Source: a bacterium
GTDB lineage: Bacteria; SZUA-182; DTGQ01; JAFGSM01
DNA: 38,130 bases
NCBI GenBank assembly: GCA_049472355.1
Contig: JBLIRP010000030.1
Coordinates: forward strand, 1-38,130
Direction: 5' to 3'
The position numbers were made by a program, and so were the translations under genes. Position 1 is the first letter of the stretch. Every line of letters begins with the position of its first letter. The notes below the pieces were generated by a model. The model was given only the letters and a program-made list of their open reading frames with translations. It did no database searches and was not told the origin of the DNA. This document shows, one piece after another, positions 12,301 through 20,261 of the stretch.

Positions 12301-13890
12301 TCCCATGAGCACAGGGGTATTCTTTTTGGTTATGTCGATCACTTGAAGACCGCTCTCCCCGTCTGCCACATAGGCATAGTCTCCGGATACCGCCACACTC
12401 ATTGCAAGACCAGGTGTATCACAACTTCCGGCGCGGAAGGGAGCATTTTTTTGGCTTATGTCGATCACCTGCAGCCCACTTTCACTGTCTGCCACATAGG
12501 CATAGTCACCAGATACCGCCACCGCATGGGCAATACCAGGCGTATCACAATTTCCCGTGGGCTCTGGCTCTTTCTTGCTTATATCAATCACCTGCAGACC
12601 ACTCTCCCGGTCAGCTACATACGCATAGTCATCGAACACTGCAACGTCACATGCATAATCGTGGGTTTGACAAGCTCCTGAGATAGCTGGCATCGTTTTG
12701 TTGTTTACACCGATCACCTGCAGGCCGCTATTACCATCTGCCACATAGACGTAGTCACCGGATACAGCAACTCCCTTTTTTGAACCAGGTGTATCACAGG
12801 TTCCTATGAGGGCTGGCCCAATCTTCTCCTTTATGTCGATCACCTGCAGACCACTCTCCCAATCTGCTACAAAGGCGTAATCGCCGGATAATGCAATCCC
12901 TCCTGCAAAGCCTGGGGTATCACAGCTACAAACAATTTCAGGTTTATTCTTGTTATTGATATCGATCACCTGCAGGCCCTTTTTCTCATTACCCACATAT
13001 GCGTAATTGCCGGATATAACTACATCCAATGCATAACCAGGGGTTCTACACGTTCCTACGAGTACCGGCCTATCCTTGATGTTTATGTCGATAACCTGCA
13101 AGCCCTTTTCCCAATCTGCTACATAAACGTAGTCACCCGATATGGCAATCCCTCCCGCATAATCCCCTGTATCAATGCCTTTCACGAGCTTGGGGGCATT
13201 CTTGTCGTCAATGTTGATTACCTGGAGGCCTTTTTCCCAATCTGCTACATAGGCATAGTCACCAGAGACCGCGATTTGACATGCATAGCCAGGGGTATCA
13301 CTGGTTCCCACAGGCACCGGGGCATTTTTTTCGTGTATGTCGATCACCTGAAGGCCTTTTTCACCATCTGCTACATAGGCGTAGTCTCCGGATACTATTA
13401 CATACTCTGCAATACCAGGGGTATCACAATGTCCAAGATGATATGAAAATTTGGGATTGTTGATATTTCTTATGTATAATCCTTCCGATCCAACGGCAAG
13501 ATAGGCATAGATATCTTTATCATAACCACCTCGTTCATTAATCTGTATCGCTATATCAGTGCAATCACCTACAGGGACGAACGATTCTAAGGAAACTTCC
13601 AATGATCTATTGTTGGGATCATGGATGCCTGTATTGATACTAAAAACTGCCATTCCTTGCGAAGTAGCGCAAAAGGCATACAACATCCCTAGTTCGCCAT
13701 TCTCTTTAAATGCCTCGCTCTCTATAACTTCAACTGCACGAAAATAACCATGATTATTGCTCCAATGCCCAACAAGCCCTAACTGAACCATATCTTGCAA
13801 TGCAGCCTCTATGTATGAAATAAACAGAAGGGACAAAAAGAATACCAAGCAGAGTGAAATCAGACACACTTTATTTTTTTTAGTGAGCAT
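6313..13890 (-). CDS. Giant secreted protein with LVIVD-repeat beta-propellers, three tandem C13/legumain-like (clan CD) domains and PPC-like C-terminal region
   Basis: 2525-aa ORF with a signal peptide and about 20-21 repeats of ~43 aa (VSGDYAYVADGESGLQVIDI). The central domain has FLVDHGG and YDACYSGSF (His/Cys dyad). Two flanking homologous domains lack the dyad. C-terminal motifs include DPYEPDD...DWIYF (PPC-like) and DFDGDQISNLDE. Confidence 0.85.
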   Translation of the reverse strand: MLTKKNKVCLISLCLVFFLSLLFISYIEAALQDMVQLGLVGHWSNNHGYFRAVEVIESEAFKENGELGMLYAFCATSQGMAVFSINTGIHDPNNRSLEVSLESFVPVGDCTDIAIQINERGGYDKDIYAYLAVGSEGLYIRNINNPKFSYHLGHCDTPGIAEYVIVSGDYAYVADGEKGLQVIDIHEKNAPVPVGTSDTPGYACQIAVSGDYAYVADWEKGLQVINIDDKNAPKLVKGIDTGDYAGGIAISGDYVYVADWEKGLQVIDINIKDRPVLVGTCRTPGYALDVVISGNYAYVGNEKKGLQVIDINNKNKPEIVCSCDTPGFAGGIALSGDYAFVADWESGLQVIDIKEKIGPALIGTCDTPGSKKGVAVSGDYVYVADGNSGLQVIGVNNKTMPAISGACQTHDYACDVAVFDDYAYVADRESGLQVIDISKKEPEPTGNCDTPGIAHAVAVSGDYAYVADSESGLQVIDISQKNAPFRAGSCDTPGLAMSVAVSGDYAYVADGESGLQVIDITKKNTPVLMGTCNTLGIAGGVAISGDYAYVADGGNGLQVIDITKKNDPVLVGCCDTLGYAGWITVSNDYAFVIDEDSGLLVIDISNKHRPVIVGGCTTPGYARGGTIFGDYAYVTDGGIGLQVIDISNKHGPVLVGSCDSPGSAEGVAVSGDYAYVAYGISGLQVIDIDSNNGPLLVGSYTSHGFAKGVAVFDDYVLLAVYDRLSQRSGLLVINIGNKNDPMLAGICNTPGDAVNVAVSGDYAYVADGKSGLQVIDLSDPNMPVIAGTCNTPGSAMDVVVSGDCAYVADGRSGLQVIDIGDPYTPVIVGTCDAYVDAVGIAVSGNYAYVADEISGLQVIDIRYPNMPVITGTYDFPGEMVDVTVSGDYAYIADGAGGLAVIDVKNKYRPVLRDCCDTPGYASGVTVTDGYAYVADKTNGLLKFKIHIGPSPKGKGNLILAAGGDINYKSLSQQHIQTRTRPRLKASGQSDSSTSRWNLTQSLAKHVVNAFVKQDYMACDFYYLNPDSPQDIDDDGIPNQLIVDDSTPTSEELQNIIKTWPQDHIANEGPLYIYLIGKAAENHFLIMSDEIITAQELRNAINTFQHGYTDNEGMYHPGTNRQVVVIIESAASGTFIDELTGPDITVITATGNGASYIKPSPSDPEIPNCFTTSFIDALAPHLGSNTIPEVSPDMVASHIIGSLKEAFFFARDELETWALEGPPFNNQVPQMAIPESQFCGLYFSEDGITPVEFLTIRSIPGDLTLIGERLDHTFRPISQDIGITFFSSDHAILVPEEDIQKIVEQYSVEYSVAPRKNGRCSLIAHADPNLPLSANITIEVSVDDPNYDIATGMMAIIAAGYKGTGDYLWESTNTIANHAYKTLRAMGYTKDEIHYYNPYVLQDLDDNGIFDEIDGYPTYGMFDPNACGYLGCSPLARIRNSASGIKELFVFLVDHGGRGTFTLNPKESLSAHHLIDQIAGIADKVQDKILLLYDACYSGSFIEEIEQRQDPGLSKKLIAITSTDPNQIAYYLNQGLVSFSYPFFDEWRLTNSINSAFTFAEVSLPPGNQIPCVSGPNLVEQWDQDTIYYVNESRPVFGEVEAYRRLGTLNIMVDVFSLTGIREVWAIVENAQNSMRSTHGAAVTEATFLPLSPNIEDPSAYLYGGYYTITVPDPCPSEANYLITLYAKDKSTLPKIASYHTGIADTVRNKTKALIISSATEILQEDVRKNFHEQIMRAQAILESKGLSIQNGDILHIAGEDLEDLEAFSQILTAIPPLGEEQILFLYLIGTVMIEENNIPRFYLNHNIILSPQELRAMIPSHPAQRLLILMDAPYSSQFLSLFDPYQTDERWSGMASTDKEHLFFPLEGKHFPCFSNFFFSMVLSGATISEAFRMAQNAVSLTRQNPGLFPKGKFINYQTINRYLNYYLGTPAIHGEDYALISDCQAKAERIPGEIHYQLSLAVNPDAIIDRAWAILSSPSCSLQKSLIVDFDPNTVQISDSGLILTASACSGDQYYNIYFMVEGSLKEDMEKTWTEWMERTIARIETNIIDDPYEPDDDPGDILFDSRHEIFVNAPPIRHTFYHEYTDWIYFYGLEGHVYEIYSQDLSEYGYFIQLALFSDPNERVMHENGQYLVANNYLAFSCKASGYYLLNVTLASTYPPEGVEYIIGILDPQAEKHTTLLVEVIDPAADRVPGVRCQRVGGIDFVYPNNYRFASPDRYYYKFNGRTEYENLLIQIFEGTDFLGDPIETTAKLIPDSLNKITMDLSDSNCMFDTNTIPLMLEDTSYMEEIEHYQDIIGHPQYQGDANHPWLSLNTSQDFSPNGDFDGDQISNLDEVLFFQSSPIYPTVTAPLNKGINLFYLPSIVEMPNIISNRYISYQVLWFDPDSGTWVAPYLSSEHMKSNTFNAIYASGKGTLSLDLTELNNPILSLKGFLKSGYSKDKTFDPNYMETRLFDLNHFFTDTSSLDILVKPDLWEIESIRMRNNERGTWETSYRFFERPAGVNHGLKPYEVYIVNRKKGSAQ
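11050..13520 (-). repeat. Intragenic ~129-bp tandem repeats encoding LVIVD propeller blades
   Basis: Recurring plus-strand motifs gatcacctgcag, gccacataggc and ccggata at ~129-bp spacing. I counted 20 clear protein repeats plus one divergent N-terminal repeat. Confidence 0.85.
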
Positions 13891-14139
13891 TTTACTGATA
13901 CACCCAAATCTTCCGAGAAGTTAATTTAATGACATCATAGGTTGACATGTAAATCATTTCTTGATCTTTAGTGAAAATGGGGAAAAGGCTTTTTTGCCAC
14001 CTCTTCCATAATTCCATCCTTGAATTGATAGCGTTCCCATTAATAAATATTTCATTACAATTAAAAAAGTCTCGAAATCGCTCCATGCGAGAGGGATTGA
14101 GAAGCAGGGTATTCGTAATGACTAGAGCAATTTCCACCC

Positions 14140-16359
14140 TTACTTTGTGATTACATGGTCTCCGATTCGAACGCTATCCAATAGATCTCGTTGTGAAGGC
14201 AATGCCACAGAAAAATCCTCTGTCACTTTTTTTACCCGCGCCTCACCCAGAACCGTTTCATTTTTAATTTCCTCTACTTGTTGATATATAAGGACCTTCA
14301 TCCCCTCCTTTATAAGATCAGCTTTAGTCATACTCATTACCAAGAACTCTTTCGCTTCCCTATCTTTAGTTCTATCCCTATCAGGGGTCTTGTCTAAGAT
14401 CCTTCCCTGAACCACAGGAAATTTCTCTTTAAACCTTTGGGCAAGACCAGATAGAAGGTGGGACGCATCCTGGGCATTACTCCATCTATTATAGACATTT
14501 TCTACAGCCAAGATATTCCCGGTTTCCACCTCTACAAGCCTTGCAACAATATCGAGGCACCAATCCCTGCCATCCCACCATTGCTGGAAAGATCCCACGA
14601 GTAAGGTCTCAGCAAAAAGGAGATTCCCCAATCTCGATGCGGTGGCCTTATCAATACAATCGCTCGTAGAGAACATCAACTCGCTCATTACCGTGTCTAT
14701 CCTATCCCTCTCCACGATTTGGAAACGTTCTGTTCGGAAAAAGGCAAGATATAGCATCTCCCTCAAAAAATTGAGGGAACCGGGAGAAGGGGGTGCAAGG
14801 AGTGGCTGTTCTGCTTTATATATCAAAAAGGGCATAAGGGCAAGGCACCATCGGTTCTGTATCCTTTCAATCTCAGGGACACGATATTCTACTGTAATCC
14901 CTTTTTGGGCGATTCTTCCATCCTTATCTTCTGCCAGAATGGTGAGGCGGTTTTCCCCCTCCTTGAGCCCCTGAAAAAGACGGGTAAAATAGAAGAGTGT
15001 CCTTTCTCCATACCAGAAACGATGTAAGGCATGAAGTAGACCTGCATGCTCCTTGCTGGATAAGAGGGGTTCCTCATTAATCCATAATCCGCTAATCTCA
15101 CAGGCTGATTCGATCCTCCCCTGGATCACGACAATTGGTTGAAAGACTATGCTCGAATAATGTTCGATAAAGATTTTGGGGATTTTTTCGTATGAGGGGT
15201 TGTGTGGCACGAATGAATTATTTGCCGCAATCCTGAAGAGGGGTACATCTTCCTGCCCTGCGGTATTATTATCCGAATTGAAATATTCCGATAAGGGTCC
15301 AGAAGATATAGATTCTTTGTTCTCCCATATCATGGCAAGGTCACCTTTGGTGACATTACCCGCAAGGTCGCGTGCCCAAAAACCCGGTGCATCGTTTGGA
15401 GATATTTCAAGACGAAACTCCCTCAACCTCTCTCCCCTTTGGAAGGGAATCTCCCGTGCACCTATCGTGAATGCATCGAGTCCGCCAGAATCAAAGATGA
15501 GACATTTGATCATCCTCACTTTCCCTGATTGTAGTTCCGCAGATGCATGATCGGTATAGATGCCGGAGGGAGCATCAGGGCCGATAATCACGGTGGGGCC
15601 CTGCTGATCGAGTTCAACCAAAAAATCCTTCTGCTGTTCATTTCCTGCAAGGTCGATCACCTTGCAGCAAATCTGATTTTCACCCGGCTTAAGGGAAATC
15701 CTCTTTTTGAAGGAGATTACAGGCATTGCAAGGTCAATAAATAGTGGTTGATCATTGATTATGACTGTGGATACGAAATAATCGTCTATCGCTTCACCTG
15801 TAACCTCATACATGGAGGCATTGGTATGGAATACAGGCAATCTTCCCTCGTCGTGTTTATGGAACCGGATAGCGGGAGGGGTATGATCCAATCCCCTTTC
15901 TTCGAGCCATCTTTGGCGTGCTTGGTTGAGATAATATTTTGCCCTGCCTGAATCCGCCATTTCAAGGGATAATGAAAGTTCTTCTATAGCCCTATTCGGA
16001 TCCCCCTGATGCAGATAAATGCACCCCAGTTCCCTGTGGGGGAAATACTCTTCCAGAACATGCATCCCATAGCTTCTGGCGTACCACTGGTCCTTATGTC
16101 TCTGGCTGATTGCTTGATAAAACTGATCGATTGCCTGATCCCAACACTCACCTTGGGCATAAGAAAGGCCTCTCCTGTAACAGCTATCCCAGTCGTTGCT
16201 CATGATCCAATCATTGGTGATTCCGAAAACGCGTCCATCTCTGACACAAGGCTCGGGCGTTTGCACGACGCAACTGGTGAGCAGAAGGATACAGAGGATA
16301 CATAAGACACCCATAAAGAGGAAGGGAAGGCAGGACAAGGATGATTCGGGCCTCATCAT
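14140..16359 (-). CDS. Lipoprotein with TPR, Ig-like and CsgG/HfaB-like domains
   Basis: Lipobox LLTSC; TPR helices (YRRGLSYAQGECWDQAIDQF, RELGCIYLHQGDPNRAIEEL); beta-sandwich repeats ending DLAGN; CsgG-like FQIVERDRIDTVMSEL...ARLVEVETGNIL; FlgT-C-like tail. Confidence 0.75.
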   Translation of the reverse strand: MMRPESSLSCLPFLFMGVLCILCILLLTSCVVQTPEPCVRDGRVFGITNDWIMSNDWDSCYRRGLSYAQGECWDQAIDQFYQAISQRHKDQWYARSYGMHVLEEYFPHRELGCIYLHQGDPNRAIEELSLSLEMADSGRAKYYLNQARQRWLEERGLDHTPPAIRFHKHDEGRLPVFHTNASMYEVTGEAIDDYFVSTVIINDQPLFIDLAMPVISFKKRISLKPGENQICCKVIDLAGNEQQKDFLVELDQQGPTVIIGPDAPSGIYTDHASAELQSGKVRMIKCLIFDSGGLDAFTIGAREIPFQRGERLREFRLEISPNDAPGFWARDLAGNVTKGDLAMIWENKESISSGPLSEYFNSDNNTAGQEDVPLFRIAANNSFVPHNPSYEKIPKIFIEHYSSIVFQPIVVIQGRIESACEISGLWINEEPLLSSKEHAGLLHALHRFWYGERTLFYFTRLFQGLKEGENRLTILAEDKDGRIAQKGITVEYRVPEIERIQNRWCLALMPFLIYKAEQPLLAPPSPGSLNFLREMLYLAFFRTERFQIVERDRIDTVMSELMFSTSDCIDKATASRLGNLLFAETLLVGSFQQWWDGRDWCLDIVARLVEVETGNILAVENVYNRWSNAQDASHLLSGLAQRFKEKFPVVQGRILDKTPDRDRTKDREAKEFLVMSMTKADLIKEGMKVLIYQQVEEIKNETVLGEARVKKVTEDFSVALPSQRDLLDSVRIGDHVITK

Positions 16360-18396
16360 CTACCTCACGTTAGATGCGCCCAAAGAGTGTACGACTTCCC
16401 GGCCAAGATTTTGGCTGACCACCTTCAAGTCATCACCATCCCTTACAGAGGCCTCAGCCATAGCTCTAATGACAGATGTTTCAGTCTCCACACAGCGAAC
16501 AAAGATTTTACTTTCATTGTGCATAAAAGGGAGTGAAATGAGATGATCTCCAGGTAGTGCCATGACAAAGAGAATTCCCTTTGCACCGAAAAGTTTTCCT
16601 ATGGCAAACTTAACTTGGTTTTCGGTTAGATACGAGGTCGCCCGTTCAAGTTCCTCAAGAACAAAGTCCAGTCTCTCCCGTTCCACAACCACAAAATCGG
16701 TTTGGTGCATCCAGAATCGATGGAACTCTTCTATGAAATGTCTCGTTAATGTCTGAGTATGACCATTCATTCTCTTCTCGTGCATGGCAGGAACAATGCA
16801 TATGGTATATGGGCCATGAGAAGATGCTATCGGATGGAGAGCCTCCTTATATCGCTTATTAAGCATCCCTTGAATCTGCTGCACGATTTGCCATTTCTTT
16901 TGTTCCCATTCATGATCAATAGGGGGTATCCCCCTTTGACCGTCATCAGGATGGTAGAGGTTGGGGCCAACCTTGGATATGACGTAAAAAATTAGTGTAA
17001 GCGACACCAGTCCACCCATCACTGCTCCCATCCATTTCAGCCTCCACTTCACACTACTTCCTTTTCGCACCGAGGGAGGGGCTTGAGAGGTGCCGAGAGG
17101 GGTCTCTCCGGAGGGTTCACTTGCACCCTCCGGGATGCCGGTGCGGCTGGCAGCATATCCCTGAAGGATCACCCCTTCAGGTTCTTGCCGCACCTGTCTT
17201 CTCCGGCTCGAATCATCTTTCCTTTTCCGGCCTTTCTCGGGCTCCTCCCCTCCGGTATCACCTTCCTTCTCCTCTCGTCGTTCCAGATAGCAGATGGTGG
17301 GATCGCCATAGAGCATGTAGTACGCCCAGATCAGATTGTCCCTGCCATATTCATCAATCAGCCGGAGCCTTGCCCTGCGAAGGCAATCACCTATTGAACT
17401 GCGCTCCATCATGAGCTGATAGAAGGAAAGGGCAAGGGCAAAACTGGCTGGGTCGCTGATATCCTGCAGTGTACCGATGTAGTGTTGCACCCCGCTTCGC
17501 AGGAATACATTGACAAGATCAAAGGCGTGATGGGTAAACCGGTGAGGTTCCGTTGTGGACCACTCCGCTGTCTGCCCGCTGCGGCAGGCGTTTGAGAAGA
17601 TGAGCGAGGGAAAGGCCTTCCTCCCCCCGCTGATACGCATGATATCCTGAGCGGTCAACAGGCCGTCCTCAAGATACCATCCGCTTGAACCGGGATCCTC
17701 CTGGTTGTAAACGGCATGCCCTGCATAGTGCAGGATGTCGAATCTGGGGAGACGGCGAATGATCTTTTTGGAATCGATGTTGGTGGTCTCGAGATATGTC
17801 TCGAGGGGACCACCCCATGCTTCAAGCCTCTGGGAAAGGAGAAGCCCTTCCTCGTATGATGCCGGAAGGTCCTTTCGGGGATCAGCTACAATCAGTATCC
17901 TGATCGTATCCCTGAAATCCCGGTCCCTTCCCCTTACCATCGGGTGGGAGGTGGTAACCAGCCGCCCAATATTGTAGCGAAGGCAGAAAAACTCCTCTCC
18001 ATCGTACAGGATCTCCCACGGTATACCCACCAGGGAATCATCGATGAGCAGAAAGAGATTCCTTGATTCGGTCGAAGCAAGGCGTTCCTTTATCGGCAGC
18101 GGGAGCAGGGAATCATAGAGATGCTGGCCTATCTCCTCTAATCGCCCGGCCTTGCCCATGGCCCCCTTTTCGGATGAATGATCGGATGCTTGAAGCAGGG
18201 AAAGGGATTCCTGTACCAGGGATTGGATGTCTGCGGAGCAGATACGACCACGGACATACTGCTGCAAGGTGATCTCTTCTCCCGGGTCTTTCTCCTCAAG
18301 GGTTATCAGCAATGATTCCTCCGTGCCCTCCCTAAGAACCCTGAGATAAACCGATCTCTCGGAGGTATTCCTGCATTGAAAACGCCCGGGCGTCAT
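16360..18396 (-). CDS. CHAT (caspase HetF-associated) protease with transmembrane helix and C-terminal CsgG-like domain
   Basis: Motifs IPWEIL, ILIVADP, LHYAGHA (His), FSNACRSG (Cys) and WAYYMLYGDP. No signal peptide. A charged linker leads to TM WMGAVMGGLVSLTLIFYVI and then FVVVERERLDFVLEELE...VRCVETETS. Confidence 0.9.
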   Translation of the reverse strand: MTPGRFQCRNTSERSVYLRVLREGTEESLLITLEEKDPGEEITLQQYVRGRICSADIQSLVQESLSLLQASDHSSEKGAMGKAGRLEEIGQHLYDSLLPLPIKERLASTESRNLFLLIDDSLVGIPWEILYDGEEFFCLRYNIGRLVTTSHPMVRGRDRDFRDTIRILIVADPRKDLPASYEEGLLLSQRLEAWGGPLETYLETTNIDSKKIIRRLPRFDILHYAGHAVYNQEDPGSSGWYLEDGLLTAQDIMRISGGRKAFPSLIFSNACRSGQTAEWSTTEPHRFTHHAFDLVNVFLRSGVQHYIGTLQDISDPASFALALSFYQLMMERSSIGDCLRRARLRLIDEYGRDNLIWAYYMLYGDPTICYLERREEKEGDTGGEEPEKGRKRKDDSSRRRQVRQEPEGVILQGYAASRTGIPEGASEPSGETPLGTSQAPPSVRKGSSVKWRLKWMGAVMGGLVSLTLIFYVISKVGPNLYHPDDGQRGIPPIDHEWEQKKWQIVQQIQGMLNKRYKEALHPIASSHGPYTICIVPAMHEKRMNGHTQTLTRHFIEEFHRFWMHQTDFVVVERERLDFVLEELERATSYLTENQVKFAIGKLFGAKGILFVMALPGDHLISLPFMHNESKIFVRCVETETSVIRAMAEASVRDGDDLKVVSQNLGREVVHSLGASNVR

Positions 18397-19133
18397 TTCA
18401 TCATCCCCTCCGTGATATCCATCAATACCAGCGCGATCAGGTGCCCCCCCGAGCGTATTCTCACTTCATAGTCACCGGGTGCAATCCCCTTGAACTGAAC
18501 GATATCGTGCACCAGGGGATGCGAACTGAGTACCCGGTCTTTCTGGACAAGATCCACCTTGATCGGTCCGGCCTCCGGATAGTCAGGGGGTGCTGCAACC
18601 TCACAGCTCAGTACGCAGATCCCCTCCCCGTCCTTTTCAAGATAAATCGTGATCGTATATCCCTGAATCCTCTTTGAGATGGGTGGAGGAGCTGTTTCCC
18701 TTGTATCGAGGGTGCTGCGGACCGGGACAGGCTCTCCGGCCTTCTTGAATGGAAAAGTCATCCCGTCGGTATCCTGTAAGACCAGGTTCCCATGAACCCA
18801 GGCCAGGGAAATCTTCAGGGCATCCGTAACCGCACCGATACCGGAGATGACCTTTGTGCTGACCGCATCGCACACCCGGGAGAGGCTGTCCGTTTCCGGA
18901 TTTTCCATTTGTTCCACCCGCGCAGTGATAATAAGTAGCCGGCGACAGACGGGACACCGGGAGAAATGATCCTCTGCCTTTTCTCTCTCAGAGGGTGTCA
19001 GGCGGGATGCCAGATAATCCGCAATGGTTTCCTCGGAAAGGCAGCCCCCTTCCCTCTCCTTTTCGGGGGCACTCTCCCCTTCCATCCTGGATAACGCATC
19101 ATGCATCAATCTATCGAACTTCTTATCTTTCAT
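18393..19133 (-). CDS. Zinc-finger (zf-HC2/ZAS) anti-sigma factor with C-terminal beta-sandwich
   Basis: CLSEETIADYL...EDHFSRCPVC (Hx3Cx2C). Lies directly downstream of an ECF sigma and has a GAGAGG SD. Overlaps the CHAT gene by ATGA. Confidence 0.85.
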   Translation of the reverse strand: MKDKKFDRLMHDALSRMEGESAPEKEREGGCLSEETIADYLASRLTPSEREKAEDHFSRCPVCRRLLIITARVEQMENPETDSLSRVCDAVSTKVISGIGAVTDALKISLAWVHGNLVLQDTDGMTFPFKKAGEPVPVRSTLDTRETAPPPISKRIQGYTITIYLEKDGEGICVLSCEVAAPPDYPEAGPIKVDLVQKDRVLSSHPLVHDIVQFKGIAPGDYEVRIRSGGHLIALVLMDITEGMMK

Positions 19134-19271
19134 GTTTGTCCTCTCTGATCATTCTTCCCGAATACTACTCCTCCCAAGGGTGAAAGGACAGCAGTGAGGG
19201 ATTCAAACCCTCCATGGCCGATTCGTGAACACGATATCTCATGAATAACAGACCAGTCAATGATTAATTTA

Positions 19272-19913
19272 TTACACCTCTATTTCTCCTCCCTTAATCT
19301 GGGTGAATTGTTTCAACAAGCGCCTTATCTTTTTCTGTATCCTATGCTTTAGCACATAGAGATTTCGAGGAGGAAGATTCATAATAGGGGAGATCTCATT
19401 AAATGACATCTCGTCAAGCCAATGGAATGTTACAAAAAGCCGCTCCCGGCTCGTCAGATTCTCTCGTATGATCTTCATAACCCTTTCCAACTCCTCCTGC
19501 TCAGCAATATGCCTTTCCACGTTTTCTATCTCCTTATTGACCGGGTGAGCGTTCTCACCCAATGGTACATACCGTGATGTACTTCTGATCAATGCATCGA
19601 GAAAATTGAGGGTGGCATTGACAGTGCAGGTTCTCAGCCAAGTTGCCAGGGTGCATCCATTGTCTCCGCGATAGCACCTCAATTTGTTACACTCATTCTC
19701 AAGAAAGGAAGACCAGATGGCCTGCTCACAATCCCTCATATCCTCCGGTTTTAGGTCAATCCAATGTACACGGGCAGTCTGGAATATAGTTGCGTTGATA
19801 AGACGGGAAAACCGTTCATGGAAGGCCTCCCAGGCCCATTCCTTGCCGTTTAAACACTCCTTCAAAAGCTCTCCATTCGGAATAGTTTGGTTCCGGTCGA
19901 GTTCCATCGGCAT
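19272..19913 (-). CDS. ECF-type sigma-70 family RNA polymerase sigma factor
   Basis: Region-2-like ELLKECLNGKEWAWEAFHERF...TLATWLRTCTVNATLNFL and region-4 LTSRERLFVTFHWLDEMSFNEISPIMNL...KHRIQKKIR. The likely start is 19913 or 19907; the track's extension to 20099 looks non-coding. Confidence 0.85.
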   Translation of the reverse strand: MPMELDRNQTIPNGELLKECLNGKEWAWEAFHERFSRLINATIFQTARVHWIDLKPEDMRDCEQAIWSSFLENECNKLRCYRGDNGCTLATWLRTCTVNATLNFLDALIRSTSRYVPLGENAHPVNKEIENVERHIAEQEELERVMKIIRENLTSRERLFVTFHWLDEMSFNEISPIMNLPPRNLYVLKHRIQKKIRRLLKQFTQIKGGEIEV

Positions 19914-20261
19914 ACGTAGAACATGTAGTTTATGTAATTGTTTATATGAGGGATTCGTGAAGTTAAAAAAGAATGGAAAAGAAACGATCGAAAATCCCCC
20001 CCCTAGTGAGACCAGTTCCATACATATTACCATAATAAAAATTTCTGATAAAATCCCTTGAACGGAAAGATGGATTGCAGGGGCGATCTCCTCGGACATG
20101 AAATCCCTTTTGTAAGGGGCACTCCGGCCAGCATCGTCACGGCATGTGAAAATGACGGCGCCACCGGCGGCGGGAGAGAGAGTATGTTGTATGGTGCAGG
20201 GGGTACAACATGACCTGCCCGTCCGTTTTCATCCATATCGACACTGTCGAAAAAGTCAAAA

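Noticed and set aside
13892..14137. 81-aa ORF between the lipoprotein and giant protease genes
   Set aside because: AT-rich, with no recognisable motif. It is more likely a regulatory spacer, though a small gene is not excluded.
16357..16362. Amber recoding suggested by in-frame TAG junctions (CHAT/lipoprotein, ligase/TPR)
   Set aside because: TAG is the evident true stop of several genes (23599, 30269, 32924, and 34919 where it is followed by TAA). The lipoprotein also has its own signal peptide.
19914..20099. N-terminal extension of the sigma factor in the ORF track
   Set aside because: Low-complexity AT-rich sequence with no sigma homology; probably the promoter or leader.
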